From positions 124,001-147,293 of the forward strand of contig JABANN010000013.1 in the NCBI GenBank assembly GCA_013115125.1: DNA of 23,293 nt. Reading direction: 5' to 3'. The position numbers and the translations under genes are program-made. The notes beneath the pieces were generated by a model that did not search any database, was not told the origin of the DNA, and saw only the letters and a program-made list of their open reading frames with translations. The stretch comes from Perkinsus olseni. Taxonomy: Eukaryota. This document shows positions 9,762-20,067 of this stretch, in pieces. Position 1 is the stretch's first letter. Every line of letters starts with the position of its first letter.

Positions 9762-10295
9762 GAGCAGCGGCGTCCGACCGAAAGAGAAGAAGAGGTATCC
9801 GTTCTTAACACGTCCTTTGGTCGCGGCCATAATATTTGGCCCGAAGGAGCCCTTCCTTACACCCCTAAAAGCAGTAGCGTCTGGCCGCAAGAAGAATAAG
9901 TGCCCGCTCTTAACAAGCCCTTTGGTCGGCAGCAGTAGTGTCCGGCCCGTATAAGCCCTTGAAGAAGAATAAGTGTCCGCTCTTAACAAGCCCTTTGGTC
10001 GGCAGCAATAGTGTTCGGCCCGTATAAGCCCTTGAAGAAGAAGTGTCCGCTCTTAACAAGCCCTTTGGTCGGCAGCAATAGTGTTCGGCCCGTATAAGCC
10101 CTTGAAGAAGAAAAAGAAGTGTCCGTTTTTAACAAGACCTTTGGTCGGAAACTATTAATGTTCAGCCCGTATAAGCCCTTGAAGAAGAAGAAGAAGTCTC
10201 CGTTTCCAACAAGCCCTGACAGGATTGCTGCCGACCACAGGGCTGCCCTGTGGTCGGCAGCAATCCTGTTCGACCCTTCTAAGGCCTTGTAGAAG

Positions 10296-10326
<31 letters not shown>

Positions 10327-10500
10327 GTCCCGTTCTCAACAAGTCCTTTGGCCAGTAGAAGCAGCAGCTTCTGACCGTAAGAAGAAGAAGAAGTGTCCCG
10401 TTCTCAACAAGTCCTTCGGCCAGTAGAATCAGCAGCGTCTGACCGTAAGAAGAAGAAGTGTCCGTACTTGACGAGTCCTTCGATGATCAGAGCTTCATCG
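9762..10500. repeat. Composite minisatellite: about 9 units of ~65-77 bp core separated by variable (GAA)n linkers
   Basis: Unit heads (GTGTCCG..TTAACAAG.CCTTTGG-like) start at 9795, 9900, 9973, 10043, 10119, 10196, 10325, 10393 and 10458. (GAA)11 at 10292-10324. Confidence 0.95.
10219..10269. repeat. Perfect inverted repeat with 25-bp arms and a 1-nt spacer
   Basis: acaggattgctgccgaccacagggc-t-gccctgtggtcggcagcaatcctgt. Confidence 0.97.
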
Positions 10501-10716
10501 GCAAGTGCGACCTTAGAGAGTTATCTGTGAGGATGTATTGAATATCCGGACCCCTTCAGCTGTATATTTTTCAATCTTACGACAATCCCTTGTTGCGTTG
10601 TAGTTGTCCCCGCTAGCCCAGTGTTCTCGCTCCGAGCAGCACGTCGGTGCATGGTTGTCACTGAGCAGCAGAGACCACCATGTCAGAGGCAGGCGTTCCA
10701 CTGAAACCTTTTTATC

Positions 10717-11434
10717 ATGCGACTAAGCCTCTTCGCTGTTACACTCTCCGCACTCAACTCTGTCTTGCAGCGTAGCGATACTCTAGTGCGGGCGCTCCCA
10801 GGTGCAGGTAAGTCGGCACTCCGCGAGCAAAGCTCCCCGGCTCGTGAATTCCGCTTCTTGTGGATGGAAACAGCGCTGGCGTCCAATAAATATGTTGTTC
10901 TCAGACGATGCTGCGCAGAAGTTCCTTTCCGTTGCGAGAGATAACGAAGCGAGAGTTCTGGAGAACGAAAGATACACCGTTGAATCGGCGGCAGAAGCTG
11001 TAGAAGACATATGGGTAGTGGCGTCTGGTGCCCTTAGACCACTGACTTACCGTTCGTGACCAGGGTGATGTCCGACTGCTCGCAAGTGACGACAGCCAGG
11101 GAACTTTTGGAAAATGGTCAAACCCCGTGATCATCATATGTGAGTAGTGATCGTGAATACCCCCGAGAGCGATTCCCTCTTTCAGCGAGCGTTGTGGTAG
11201 CCGTTGTCCTGTTCTTCCTTGTCTGCTGCTGCGGATGCGGTACGTCCTGCTCTCTGGGCCCGTTCAAGAGTCGTTTAATAAGTGTTGTTGACGAGTGCGC
11301 GTTCCTCACAGAGTACAAAAATAGCTGTCGGAGTCGTACACTGACGTTCAGGTTACATCAGCGGCATCGGCGGCTTGGTCATCTTGCTGGCCCTAGGTGG
11401 CTGGATACTGTACATTAAGCTTCACAAGAATTAG
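10717..11434 (+). CDS. Hypothetical 137-aa membrane protein: putative signal peptide plus two C-terminal TM helices linked by a Cys-rich CCCGC turn; 5 exons
   Basis: Four GT-AG introns join in frame: MRLSLFAVTLSALNS...LPGA|DDAAQKF...EDIW|GDVRLL...PVIII|SSVVVAVVLFFLVCCCGC|GYISGIGGLVILLALGGWILYIKLHKN* (TAG 11432-11434). Confidence 0.75.
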
Positions 11435-11802
11435 TAATCAAACTGACCAACTATGTCGTCGGAGACTTTTGTATTCAAGGGAGGCGCCTTATGCAAGCGA
11501 CTCTAGTGGTCACGGTTGCTATGTCTAATGTTTTAGAAGCGGCCAATGCTCGCTGAGCCGCCTGTGACGTCTACACGTTGTTGTTTTTATCTCGGTATTA
11601 GGAGTATAATTGCCCACAGGAGTACGGGTTTCAAGCCCTCACTGGAATTGCGTTAGTTAGTTTCAACTCGAATTGTATCGGTCACGAGTTTACGGGGTCC
11701 TTCCCCGGATAAGAATATAGGAGTGCACTTGTTTGTCCGAGTCAGCTGCCCGGCGCTTCACGGCAGTGATTACGAGTCCTGTGCTCAGCTTGTAGGTTGT
11801 AA

Positions 11803-14800
11803 ATGCCTGTGGAGTCGGTTGTCTCCGCTGTTACGGAACAGGGGGCGGGGGAGTCTCATGGTAGCCAGGTGAAGGACCCGGAGTTGACTATGAGCCCTTG
11901 TAAGTGCGCTCGAAGAGAAGCGGGAAGGGTTTTACGGCGGGTCGGGGTCATTCAGGTGGGGAGTTTTTGTCACCGAAGCGGTTGAAGGCTTCCGAAGCGT
12001 TGTCTGAAGACTCAGAGTCGGTTGTAGAAGAGACGGACGTTGAGTACATCAACGGATACCTGGCCAAGATGCATCCAGGAGCAGGTACTAGGCTGCCCGT
12101 GAGTGTTCTCGGGAGGGACTCTCGAGGTAGCAGTTCAAGGGAGACCAGTAGCCGCATTTATCATTGAAGTCCGCCCTGAGAATCGCGGGATGGTGCGAGT
12201 TTATTATTCGCCCGGGGGTCATTTAGAAAACAGATTTGCGCGAAAACGGCGACTCTATCGATTCGGCCCTTGCGAGATTTTCCATTCAGGTCTTCAATGC
12301 CAGGTTATGGAGGGCAAGGGTCGGACGCTGACCAGGTGAGGAGGCGGCTGGGAGTACCATCGACGAACCGCATGCTATGCTCAGCAAGAAACACCACGAA
12401 ATCGGTGATGTCATTTTCGTTGAACCTCCGCTGCATATCGTGTGCGAGGAAGCTGGCGATCCCGACTTTGAGGAAATTAAGAAACTTTGCGATGTTGAAG
12501 GCGACATGGTAGTTTGTGATCGGGGGAGTCGGGCAGCCAGTAGCGACTCTCAGGATTACGACCCTCTCTGGTACTGGTGTGCCTTGCGATCATTGACGGA
12601 CGCGGACTTGCCTAGCAATAGTAAGGTGGCTGCTCTTGTGGGCCTCGATGAGAAGAGAACTTCATAGCAGCATCATAGACAGCTTGTAGGTCGCAGAGCT
12701 CGCGAATTCCCGGCGATCGGTCGGAGCTTCGCAGTAGGAATGACAGTTTCCTCGGGGCGACCTGAGGCGTTTAATGGTTGGGGAATGACACTTTTCAGAG
12801 GAAGCTTTACATAGTGAGCCGTTCTGGTTCCCGGTGGTCGCCTGCCTGAGTGTCTACACGCGTATCGTAGCAATTCGCTATTCGAAAATTCTTGACTGAG
12901 CTGAGCATGACTCACCGGAGTATCAGCGGAAGTCATGCAGTCACAGACTCTGAAAAGTTTGACATCGTGCATTTATCCCCAGGTCGGATAACAACCGTAG
13001 CAGCAGAGGTGCAGCGCCGACTGCTACTGCTGCACAGGCCTGAGGTACCGATCCCTGCTGTTGCTGGTATTAGAACGGGCGTCCCTCGATTCAGACCACC
13101 GAGATATCAGAGTCGGTCGATCGGGTAGCGAAGGCGTGCGGGCTCGAAGGCAAGGAGGAGTTATTGGAGGACCTCTTGCAAGTGTGGATTCATAACTGCT
13201 TGTAATCAGAGAGACGCCCATAAGCTCCCTTCCCTTGAGCTGTCGTATCTGTTCTTTCTAGTGAATATCAGGAGACACCGACAGGCTACTCGACCTACTT
13301 TGCACCAGCCTTTATGAGTCACAGCTGTCTGCCCAACGCTGGTGGGCCCTCCAAGCCTGCTGTCTGAGACCTATTGATGTTGGCACTCAGATTGGGTTAA
13401 CGATCCGGAAGGCAACTTTGTTTTGAAGAGCCGCAGGGTCATTAATGAAGGTGAGACGCTACGTTGAGCATCACAGCTTGCCACCGTTGCGGGCACTTCG
13501 AGGATTGCCATGGAGTAATCTCGGAGAGTATCCGAGGTCGCAGCTGGGGAATGGCACAAACGATTGTCCCAGCAGCGCCCATTGATGGTGGCTTCTCTGC
13601 AGGCGACGAGATATGCGTGTCTTATCTCTCCGAGGAAGCTCTGCTGGACTGCACCAAGACTCGTGTGGACGACCTCGACAGTACCAAAGGCTTCGTCTGC
13701 ACCTGCCCTAGGTAACCTACCTTGCTCCGCTAGCGCCATTGGAGTTACTCCGACAGGTGCGTCGCCAACGAGGATCCCTCGCGAGTTTTTGCTTGCCCTT
13801 CGTGCTCGTTGGGAGAGGTCACCTTCCCATCGCAGGCCCCCCTGATGTCAGAAGACATGGAGGCTATTGGTACTCTCGAACTCTCCCCGACAGAAAGCAC
13901 ACCTGTCTTTCTAGATTCGTTTGACGTTTTTCCGTCGTGCGCTACTTGTGGCCGTGAGCTGACTCGAGACGGCTTCAAGGCCTGCCTGAGGATCGAGTCA
14001 CGTATTGGGAATATCCTAGAGAGCTTAGAAGCGAAGTAAGTAGCGCCCAGTAAAGACGAGCTGACCGTGTCTCACAGGCCCATCAGCAGACATAACGCTG
14101 GTGAATTCCTGTCTTCTATGGAGGTTAAGCAGCTTCGAAGGCTATCCCAGCTTGGCACCCATGATAAGCATGGCCTCTCTGCTAAGTTGTAAGCGTCCCT
14201 TTAGCCAACTTCCGCCGGAGGTCCTATCATCTTGTGCACTCCTGGGCGTTGGCTGGAGATCGTGGCGAGGCACTGTTTCGGTATATCTTTTCCTAGGTTA
14301 CATATACTAGTCGACTATCACGTATTTACTAAGGAGTACAGCGAGGCGATCAAGTGCATCGACACCTACCTCGATTTTTGTGTAGGTTTCAGCGGGACTG
14401 TTAGGTGTTGACCTACCGAGTCAACCACTGGGGAACTCTTGGAGTCCCTATACAGCGTTTGCGCTCTTGTCATGACGCTAAAAGATCCGTTGTTGTCATC
14501 GACATATCACCGGTTGTCCGCGGTGTGTTTCCAGACCGGTGGCCTTAACGCGGGACTCCCTCAGTGGGGGCCACCGAGTGGTCAGCCGCCTCCGCTGAAA
14601 CTAACACAATCTGCCTCCATCGCTCATTTCTGGTCGCTGGGTCGACTCATAATGGGTCATTGGATATTAGCTGCCTTCTCAGGAGCGGGTCTACGATGGT
14701 CTCAATGGAGCACGGTCTTGGGCACTCGAGGAAAAGGGAGACATCCTGCTGGAGATGGCAACGTGAGGCGTTGCAACCGCAAGTTACAGGAATGCTTCCT

Positions 14801-15209
14801 TCAGGTATGAAATTCTGATCGAGCGGAACTCGTCAAAATTCAGCAGCTTCTCAAGTCAGTCGATTCGGCGTATGTTCTTCTATGGCACCTTCGCGGGAGA
14901 TGAGATCCGCAAGTTGGCCTCCAGCTTAATCCTCGAGGTGAGCAGTGGCGTATCCTATCTCCATAGATTTGCCCAGCGCAGTCGAGCGTTTTCAGAAGCT
15001 GTTTGTCGGCCTGTTGGCTTTTGTAGTGAAGGCTTGTCTTTTCCAGACTTACGAGAAGGCAGCGGATGAGCTCAAGCTTTTGTTCGGTGACTGGCATGAA
15101 TATCATACTAAAGTCCACGAGAAAATTATCAAGGTTGGCCGACCTGTACAGGATATTTCTCGGAATGCCTGTGGAACTTTAGGCGCAGCGGAAGCTAGCT
15201 CTCTCGTGA
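11803..15209 (+). CDS. SET-domain lysine methyltransferase of SMYD-like architecture without MYND; resembles apicomplexan AKMT/PfSET7; multi-exon
   Basis: Spliced motifs: GKGRTLTSKKHHEIGDVIFVEPP (SET-N), VWIHNCF, AFMSHSCLPNA, GDEICVSYL, post-SET FVCTCPR|C, extra CPSC/CATC zinc pairs, and a helical C-terminus (RVYDGLNGARSWALEEKGD; YEKAADELKLLFGDWHEY). Probable stop TGA 15207-15209. Confidence 0.88.
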
Positions 15210-15383
15210 AGCTTGGCTGGTGCAAAACGTTACTTCCTCCGGGGCATTGACGTGTTGTGTTTTCACGCCACCCAGGAGTGTGTCTTCGTCTAGCCTCTCG
15301 TCGCCCAAGTTCTACCATTCCTACTGACTGCGAAGGAGACTGTACCAGCGTTCAATCTGGGTCGGCGCACCGTCGACACGGCA

Positions 15384-15880
15384 CTACTGTTTACTCAGCG
15401 CGTCGAGTATTTCAGAGATCTGATGGTGGATCACATCCGTTCGTAAATCAGACTCCTCCAGCAGGCGGGGATTGTGCTGGGTTGAGAGAGGGCAGCCATC
15501 GCCCATCTCTGAGCTTGCGTAGTCGCAATTCCGTCGGTTATCACCGAGTTTGTCTTCCGCGCCCGGTGGCGGGTTTTTGGAATCGTCGGGAAGTGAACAC
15601 AAGGCGGACTTGGGCAGGACACAGAACAACGACAGTCAGGTCGTCCATGGCGTCTCCACTTCAACTCTAACGCTCAATTGGGAGGTTTGGAACAACCAGA
15701 TGGCCACGCCGAAGGCAACAAGGCCGAGGAAGCACAGAAGAAGGCACATGCCTGAGGGCTGGGATAAATGGGCTCTTCGAGGACTGTCGACTTACGTTCA
15801 AAAATCTTAGCACAAACACAGAGGGCTACCGCGACAACAGCCACGACAGCTGCGGCTAAAAGAAGGGGGTGATTCTTCAT
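15384..15880 (-). CDS. Possible small hypothetical membrane protein with two hydrophobic segments
   Basis: MKNHPLLLAAAVVAVVAVALCVCAKIFE joins in frame across a 44-nt GTAAGT...CTCAG intron to RMCLLLCFLGLVAFGVAIWLFQ. Possible last exon SALCSLPDD...ALSKQ*. The + strand also has protein-like open stretches here, so the strand is ambiguous. Confidence 0.35.
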
Positions 15881-16653
15881 TCAAAGTCAACTGAAAGTCC
15901 TCGAGAGTTATCCATTGCGAGAAGGTTGCGAGGATTATGCGCAGAGCGGGAGCGTTGAGGAATTGCTAGTGCGCAAGATTGGCACGGGTCCAGCTCTGCT
16001 GAGAGGACCGGCACACCTCTCCTGTTATTCCGGCCGTTGAGCATCCGCTATTACACGGCGTTGGGTTGCGAGTCTGCCAATATCTTGCGAACTGCGCTCG
16101 GGAACGTGGCAAGCAGCTTAAGTTGATGCCTGGGAGATCACGGAATCGTTCGACGTGGTTGTCGTCGGAGAAGACGGAGAGGCTGTCACGCGCCTTTAAG
16201 AGCGTCAGCTTCACGGATGACGATGGTGAGTTATGCGTCTCATAAAGATGCGCTCACAGCGGGCGTTCTGTCCCGTCATGTCTCCTGCTTGAGACACCTG
16301 CCACTGCGTCTCGAGTACCTGCGCCTCTATCCCACCTGAGGAGCCCACGCGCCGGGACTCTTGTCGGGTAGCTTCGAATCGTACGGACGTAGCTTCGTTC
16401 TCACTCTAGTATTATCTTAACGCTTTTGCTTAGTGTAGTGTCGTGTCTGGGTTTCGGTGCCACCCAGCTGAGAGTCCTGCGATAAGGTTTTTTGTGTCTC
16501 TCGCGGATATATGATGATGCTTCACAGCATCGGATCGTACGGAAGTAGTTCCGTTGTCGCTGAATGATTTTCTTTTGTTCGGTATTTCACCGTGCCTGAA
16601 CTTCGCTGCTGCTCGGGCGAGGGCCGTGGGACAAGGGCGTGTGTCTGTCGCAG

Positions 16654-18816
16654 ATAATAAGTTGATGCTTCTGCCGAACTACAAGGACACGACTAAGTTT
16701 ATCGATCTGCCTGTCATCGACAATGAGATGACCAACTCCTTTGTCTCTCTCTTGGAGCTGGACTCGGAAGACAACACCTGCTCTTTCCCGGACTACTGCC
16801 AGATGGCCGACTTGCACGGCATACGTCAAGCTATCGCCAATCACATCAAGGACAGGTCAGGCGCGTTACTCACTATTGGGCTTGTGCGTTCTAAGTGATA
16901 GTGGGATGATGGTAGTAGTAGCCTTCGAGTCGGGTAGTATTCCGCGCTCCTTGAGGTCTCGTGTAATTGGGCCAGGGTATCATTTAACGGTGAACGACAG
17001 AAGTTGCTCATATCCTAAGAGCTTTATTTGCATAGTCGGTTCCTCCGCTGCATCATCATCGTCGTCGCCGTCTTCGTTTCAGCTACAACAGCTCCGTCCA
17101 GACGTACATGGAGGAGCACAACGTAGCTTCCTTGGTGGGTCTTCTCCTGCACAAGCTGGCCAGAGCTCAGCCGGGAGATCCTTTGGAGTTCATTGTCGAA
17201 CACTGTGTCAAGGAGCAGAATACAAGGGCGTCAATGGGCTTATCCGAGAACGAGCTGGTGCGTGGACCTTTCATAAATAACCTAATTCCCGCTGTCATGA
17301 TGCGTGGTGCAGCCGTCGGGCTGCTCGTCTTGCTTGTGCGGAGCTATCATTGAGGTATCTGAATGCACAGGTGCTTCTTCTGGGGGCAGGCGAGCTCGAC
17401 CAGGCCAAGGATGCCATTCGGAATGAGAGCTGTCGTCTCACAGGCGTCGATGAGTATAACCGCAACCCTCTTCATTTGGCAGTATTCAACTGTGAGACCG
17501 ACGAGGGACTCGAGGTTAGTCTAAAAGGTCCCTCTCGGCTGCGGTGGACCCTTTGAAGCCTTAGGTCTTGACTATGTTGCTGGCCAAGGGCTGTCCTGGA
17601 CTCAACGGGAAGGATAATGAAGCATGGACCCCATTGCACTGGGCATCTTTTGTTGGTGATGAGACTACTCGGTGAGGTTGAAGCCTGGAGGTGTCAGGTA
17701 ATGAGGCAGCCGTACAGTTACTCGTGGACTATAAAGCCGATCCCAATGTCGAGAACAACATGTAACGTTTGCCTCCTCCTCCTCCGTCTTGGGAGTGCTC
17801 GTCTCACTGCTGGTGGGCGTAAAACGTTAAGTGCCGGGAGTCATACCGTGGGTGGCGCGTGAGATACATCATCTTGACATCTCACTAGGGCAACACTCAA
17901 ATTGAGCTACACTGGCAATTCCTCAGGACACTGAGAGGTATAATCTTAGAATATTATTCTACCAGTTATGGATATAATAAGAATCGCCGACCGTGCTTGG
18001 GCCCGAATCGCATAGTTTTTCACTGCTTCTTGGTCCGTACTGGAAGCGGCAGTCGAGTAGGGCGGCGTGCTGCTTCTAGGGGCCGAACACCGTACCTGGT
18101 CGCATCCGACTGGGGCAACGATGCTATCATAGAGCTGCTAGAGGAGGCTGAGCAGCAGAATGCCGATCTGGTGAAGGAGATGTTTAAGTCGGGCCCACCG
18201 GCCAACCCTGAGCTGGGTGAACGGGCGAGCAGCCGTCTGGGCTGGCTTTGTACTGCCGCTGTTGTCAGACCGTCGTCTAGCTAGTAATGAACGACGGAAA
18301 TCTATAAAGGTGCTGACTTCCACTTTGTCGATGGAATTGGTGAGCTGGGGTCGAGTGTGATGATACTCTTGATTGCCTTGGAGCAGAAAGGGAGCGACGG
18401 GGAGGAGGTTGTCGGTGGGGATAGCGGGGACAGAAGTGAGGGCGTGCGTGAAGGGCAAGGTAGTGGTGTATCGGAACTGTTATTGTCCTGGTGTCCACCC
18501 TTCGTACTCAGGTGAGCTCACGGAGCAGGAGAAGGCCGTCCTGGCGAGCAACGCCCCGAATCATATTCCGCCGAAAGTGGTGGAGCAGGCCAGGTGGGAG
18601 TCACTGCGGTGAACCTTGACGGATAGTAATTACTGTAGGTTCCTCTCGAATAGCAGCAGCAAGAGCAATGCTAAAAACCGGACGGCAGAACCTGGAGGTG
18701 CTACAGTATCCCTTGGACTTCGCCGCGTGGAAGGTTTCTTCTTAGGGACCAGCCAGTCAGCTTTTGTAGCTCCTATGGGACAGAACGTGATGGCTCATGT
18801 GCCGACACTGGAGTAA
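16654..18816 (+). CDS. Protein with a D/D (Dpy-30/RIIa-like) dimerization motif followed by three ankyrin repeats; multi-exon; true start upstream and uncertain (candidate ATGs 16126 or 16511)
   Basis: In-frame exons: NKLMLLPNYK...NHIKD|SYNSSVQTYMEEHNVASLVGLLLHKLARAQPGDPLEFIVEH; ankyrin cores NRNPLHLAV, AWTPLHWASFV|GNEAAVQLLVDYKADPN and GRTPYLVASDWGNDAIIELL. Ends MAHVPTLE* at TAA 18814-18816. Confidence 0.8.
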
Positions 18817-19096
18817 GGCACGGGAGGAGGATAAGGACTTGTAACCGCTCTGCCGAATAAGTTTTGAATGTACGTGTAATGCAGTCTGATGACGGGTAGT
18901 CGGGTGGGTCGTTGGCGACAACCAATCACGATGATTCGGTCAACGGAAAAGGAAAAGGAAATTCAGGGCTGATGATAGGCTTCAGTACCTGGGGTTGCTG
19001 AGCTGAATATCTTGCACGATACCGTAAATTCCGCGTCTTATCGATTTTGATGGGTGAAGTGTTAGAGAACTAGCGACTGAAAAGGCTCCTTGATCG

Positions 19097-19794
19097 ATGA
19101 GTCATGATGATTCATCAGCTTTTAGTTGGTTATGGATTGGCAACAGACGAGACGCGAGCGACAAGAACAGGCTCATGGCAGCGGGCATAAAGTAGAGTGC
19201 AGTTCCTTTTTCGTGATAACCGCTGTCGGCGACGCAGGTATATAGTCAATTGCACCATGGAGTACTTGGAAGGCGGCGTACGTAACTATCATGAAGCTGA
19301 TCCCCACTTCCGGTAGGGATCTTCTCCACTTTTTGGAGAGTTGGGGAAGGAGTGGTAGACAAGCTAAGCTTGAGATCACGGTACAGGTACTGTCGGATAC
19401 CGATGAGAGACAATGAGCAGCAAGTGTTGGGTGTACCGTATCTGAAGAAGGCGTGGGACTTTATCGATGATGCTCACAAACACGCAGACGGCAATATCCT
19501 CATCCACTGCATCATGGGCCAGGTGGAAGGCACCGCTGGGCGGCTTGCCTGACTCTTGTCTCAGAGCCGTAGTGTGATAGTACTCGTAAGCTACTTGATG
19601 CGGCATTTGGATATTGACTACCAGGCAGCCTTAGATATGGTCATTTCGGTAGTAGTCGCATGACCGATGGGAGCCGTGAGGGCCAATGGGCTCAGGTCCG
19701 GTCTATGGCAGAGCCTAATCCTGGTTTTGAAAGGCAGTTGTTGGAGCATGATGCCAATGGCGCTATAAGAGGTGACGATGGAGGAGGGACTTAG
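19097..19794 (+). CDS. Atypical dual-specificity protein phosphatase (DSP), multi-exon; start approximate
   Basis: WLWIGNRRDASDKNRLMAAGIK|YIVNCT; general-acid loop IPMRDNE; P-loop IHCIMGQ|SRS (CX5R); VSYLM; AEPNPGFERQL. TAG 19792-19794. Confidence 0.9.
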
Positions 19795-20067
19795 TAGTCG
19801 ATAAGCATGTACATAGCATTGCCATGTCGTCTCGAAGCAATGGTCTCATTGCTGTCACAGTGTTGTGTTGCGGGCATGATGGACGCTGGTGAGCCCTCCC
19901 TCGGAGGTATCGTAGGTTTTGTACGTCGCGTTTGAACCCTCCGAGGCCTCAAGGCCTCGTCAGTCACGTGTTCCGAAAGTGCCGTATTCCGGCAGTCTGG
20001 GAAACGGGCAGTCCGTGGCTCTTGTGGATGTCCGCTGCCATGCCGTTTCCAGTGCTTGATTTCCGCT

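Noticed and set aside
9900..10290. tRNA or tRNA-derived SINE array (unit ~70-77 nt, GTTCG(A/G)CCC resembling a T-loop/B-box)
   Set aside because: No cloverleaf, acceptor stem or correctly spaced A-box can be formed.
9744..10342. Minus-strand ORFs 9744-9989 and 9983-10342
   Set aside because: They are translations of the minisatellite (poly-Phe from TTC runs, frame shifting between units); no coding signal.
9762..10500. CRISPR array
   Set aside because: Whole units are repeated with no unique spacers, no cas genes are present, and the context is eukaryotic.
10945..11095. PEXEL/TEXEL-like export motif (RVLEN, RLLAS) in the small membrane protein
   Set aside because: Neither matches RxLxE/Q/D, and such short motifs arise by chance.
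16741..17280. 179-aa + strand ORF
   Set aside because: Off-frame to the D/D-ankyrin exons and runs through an intron.
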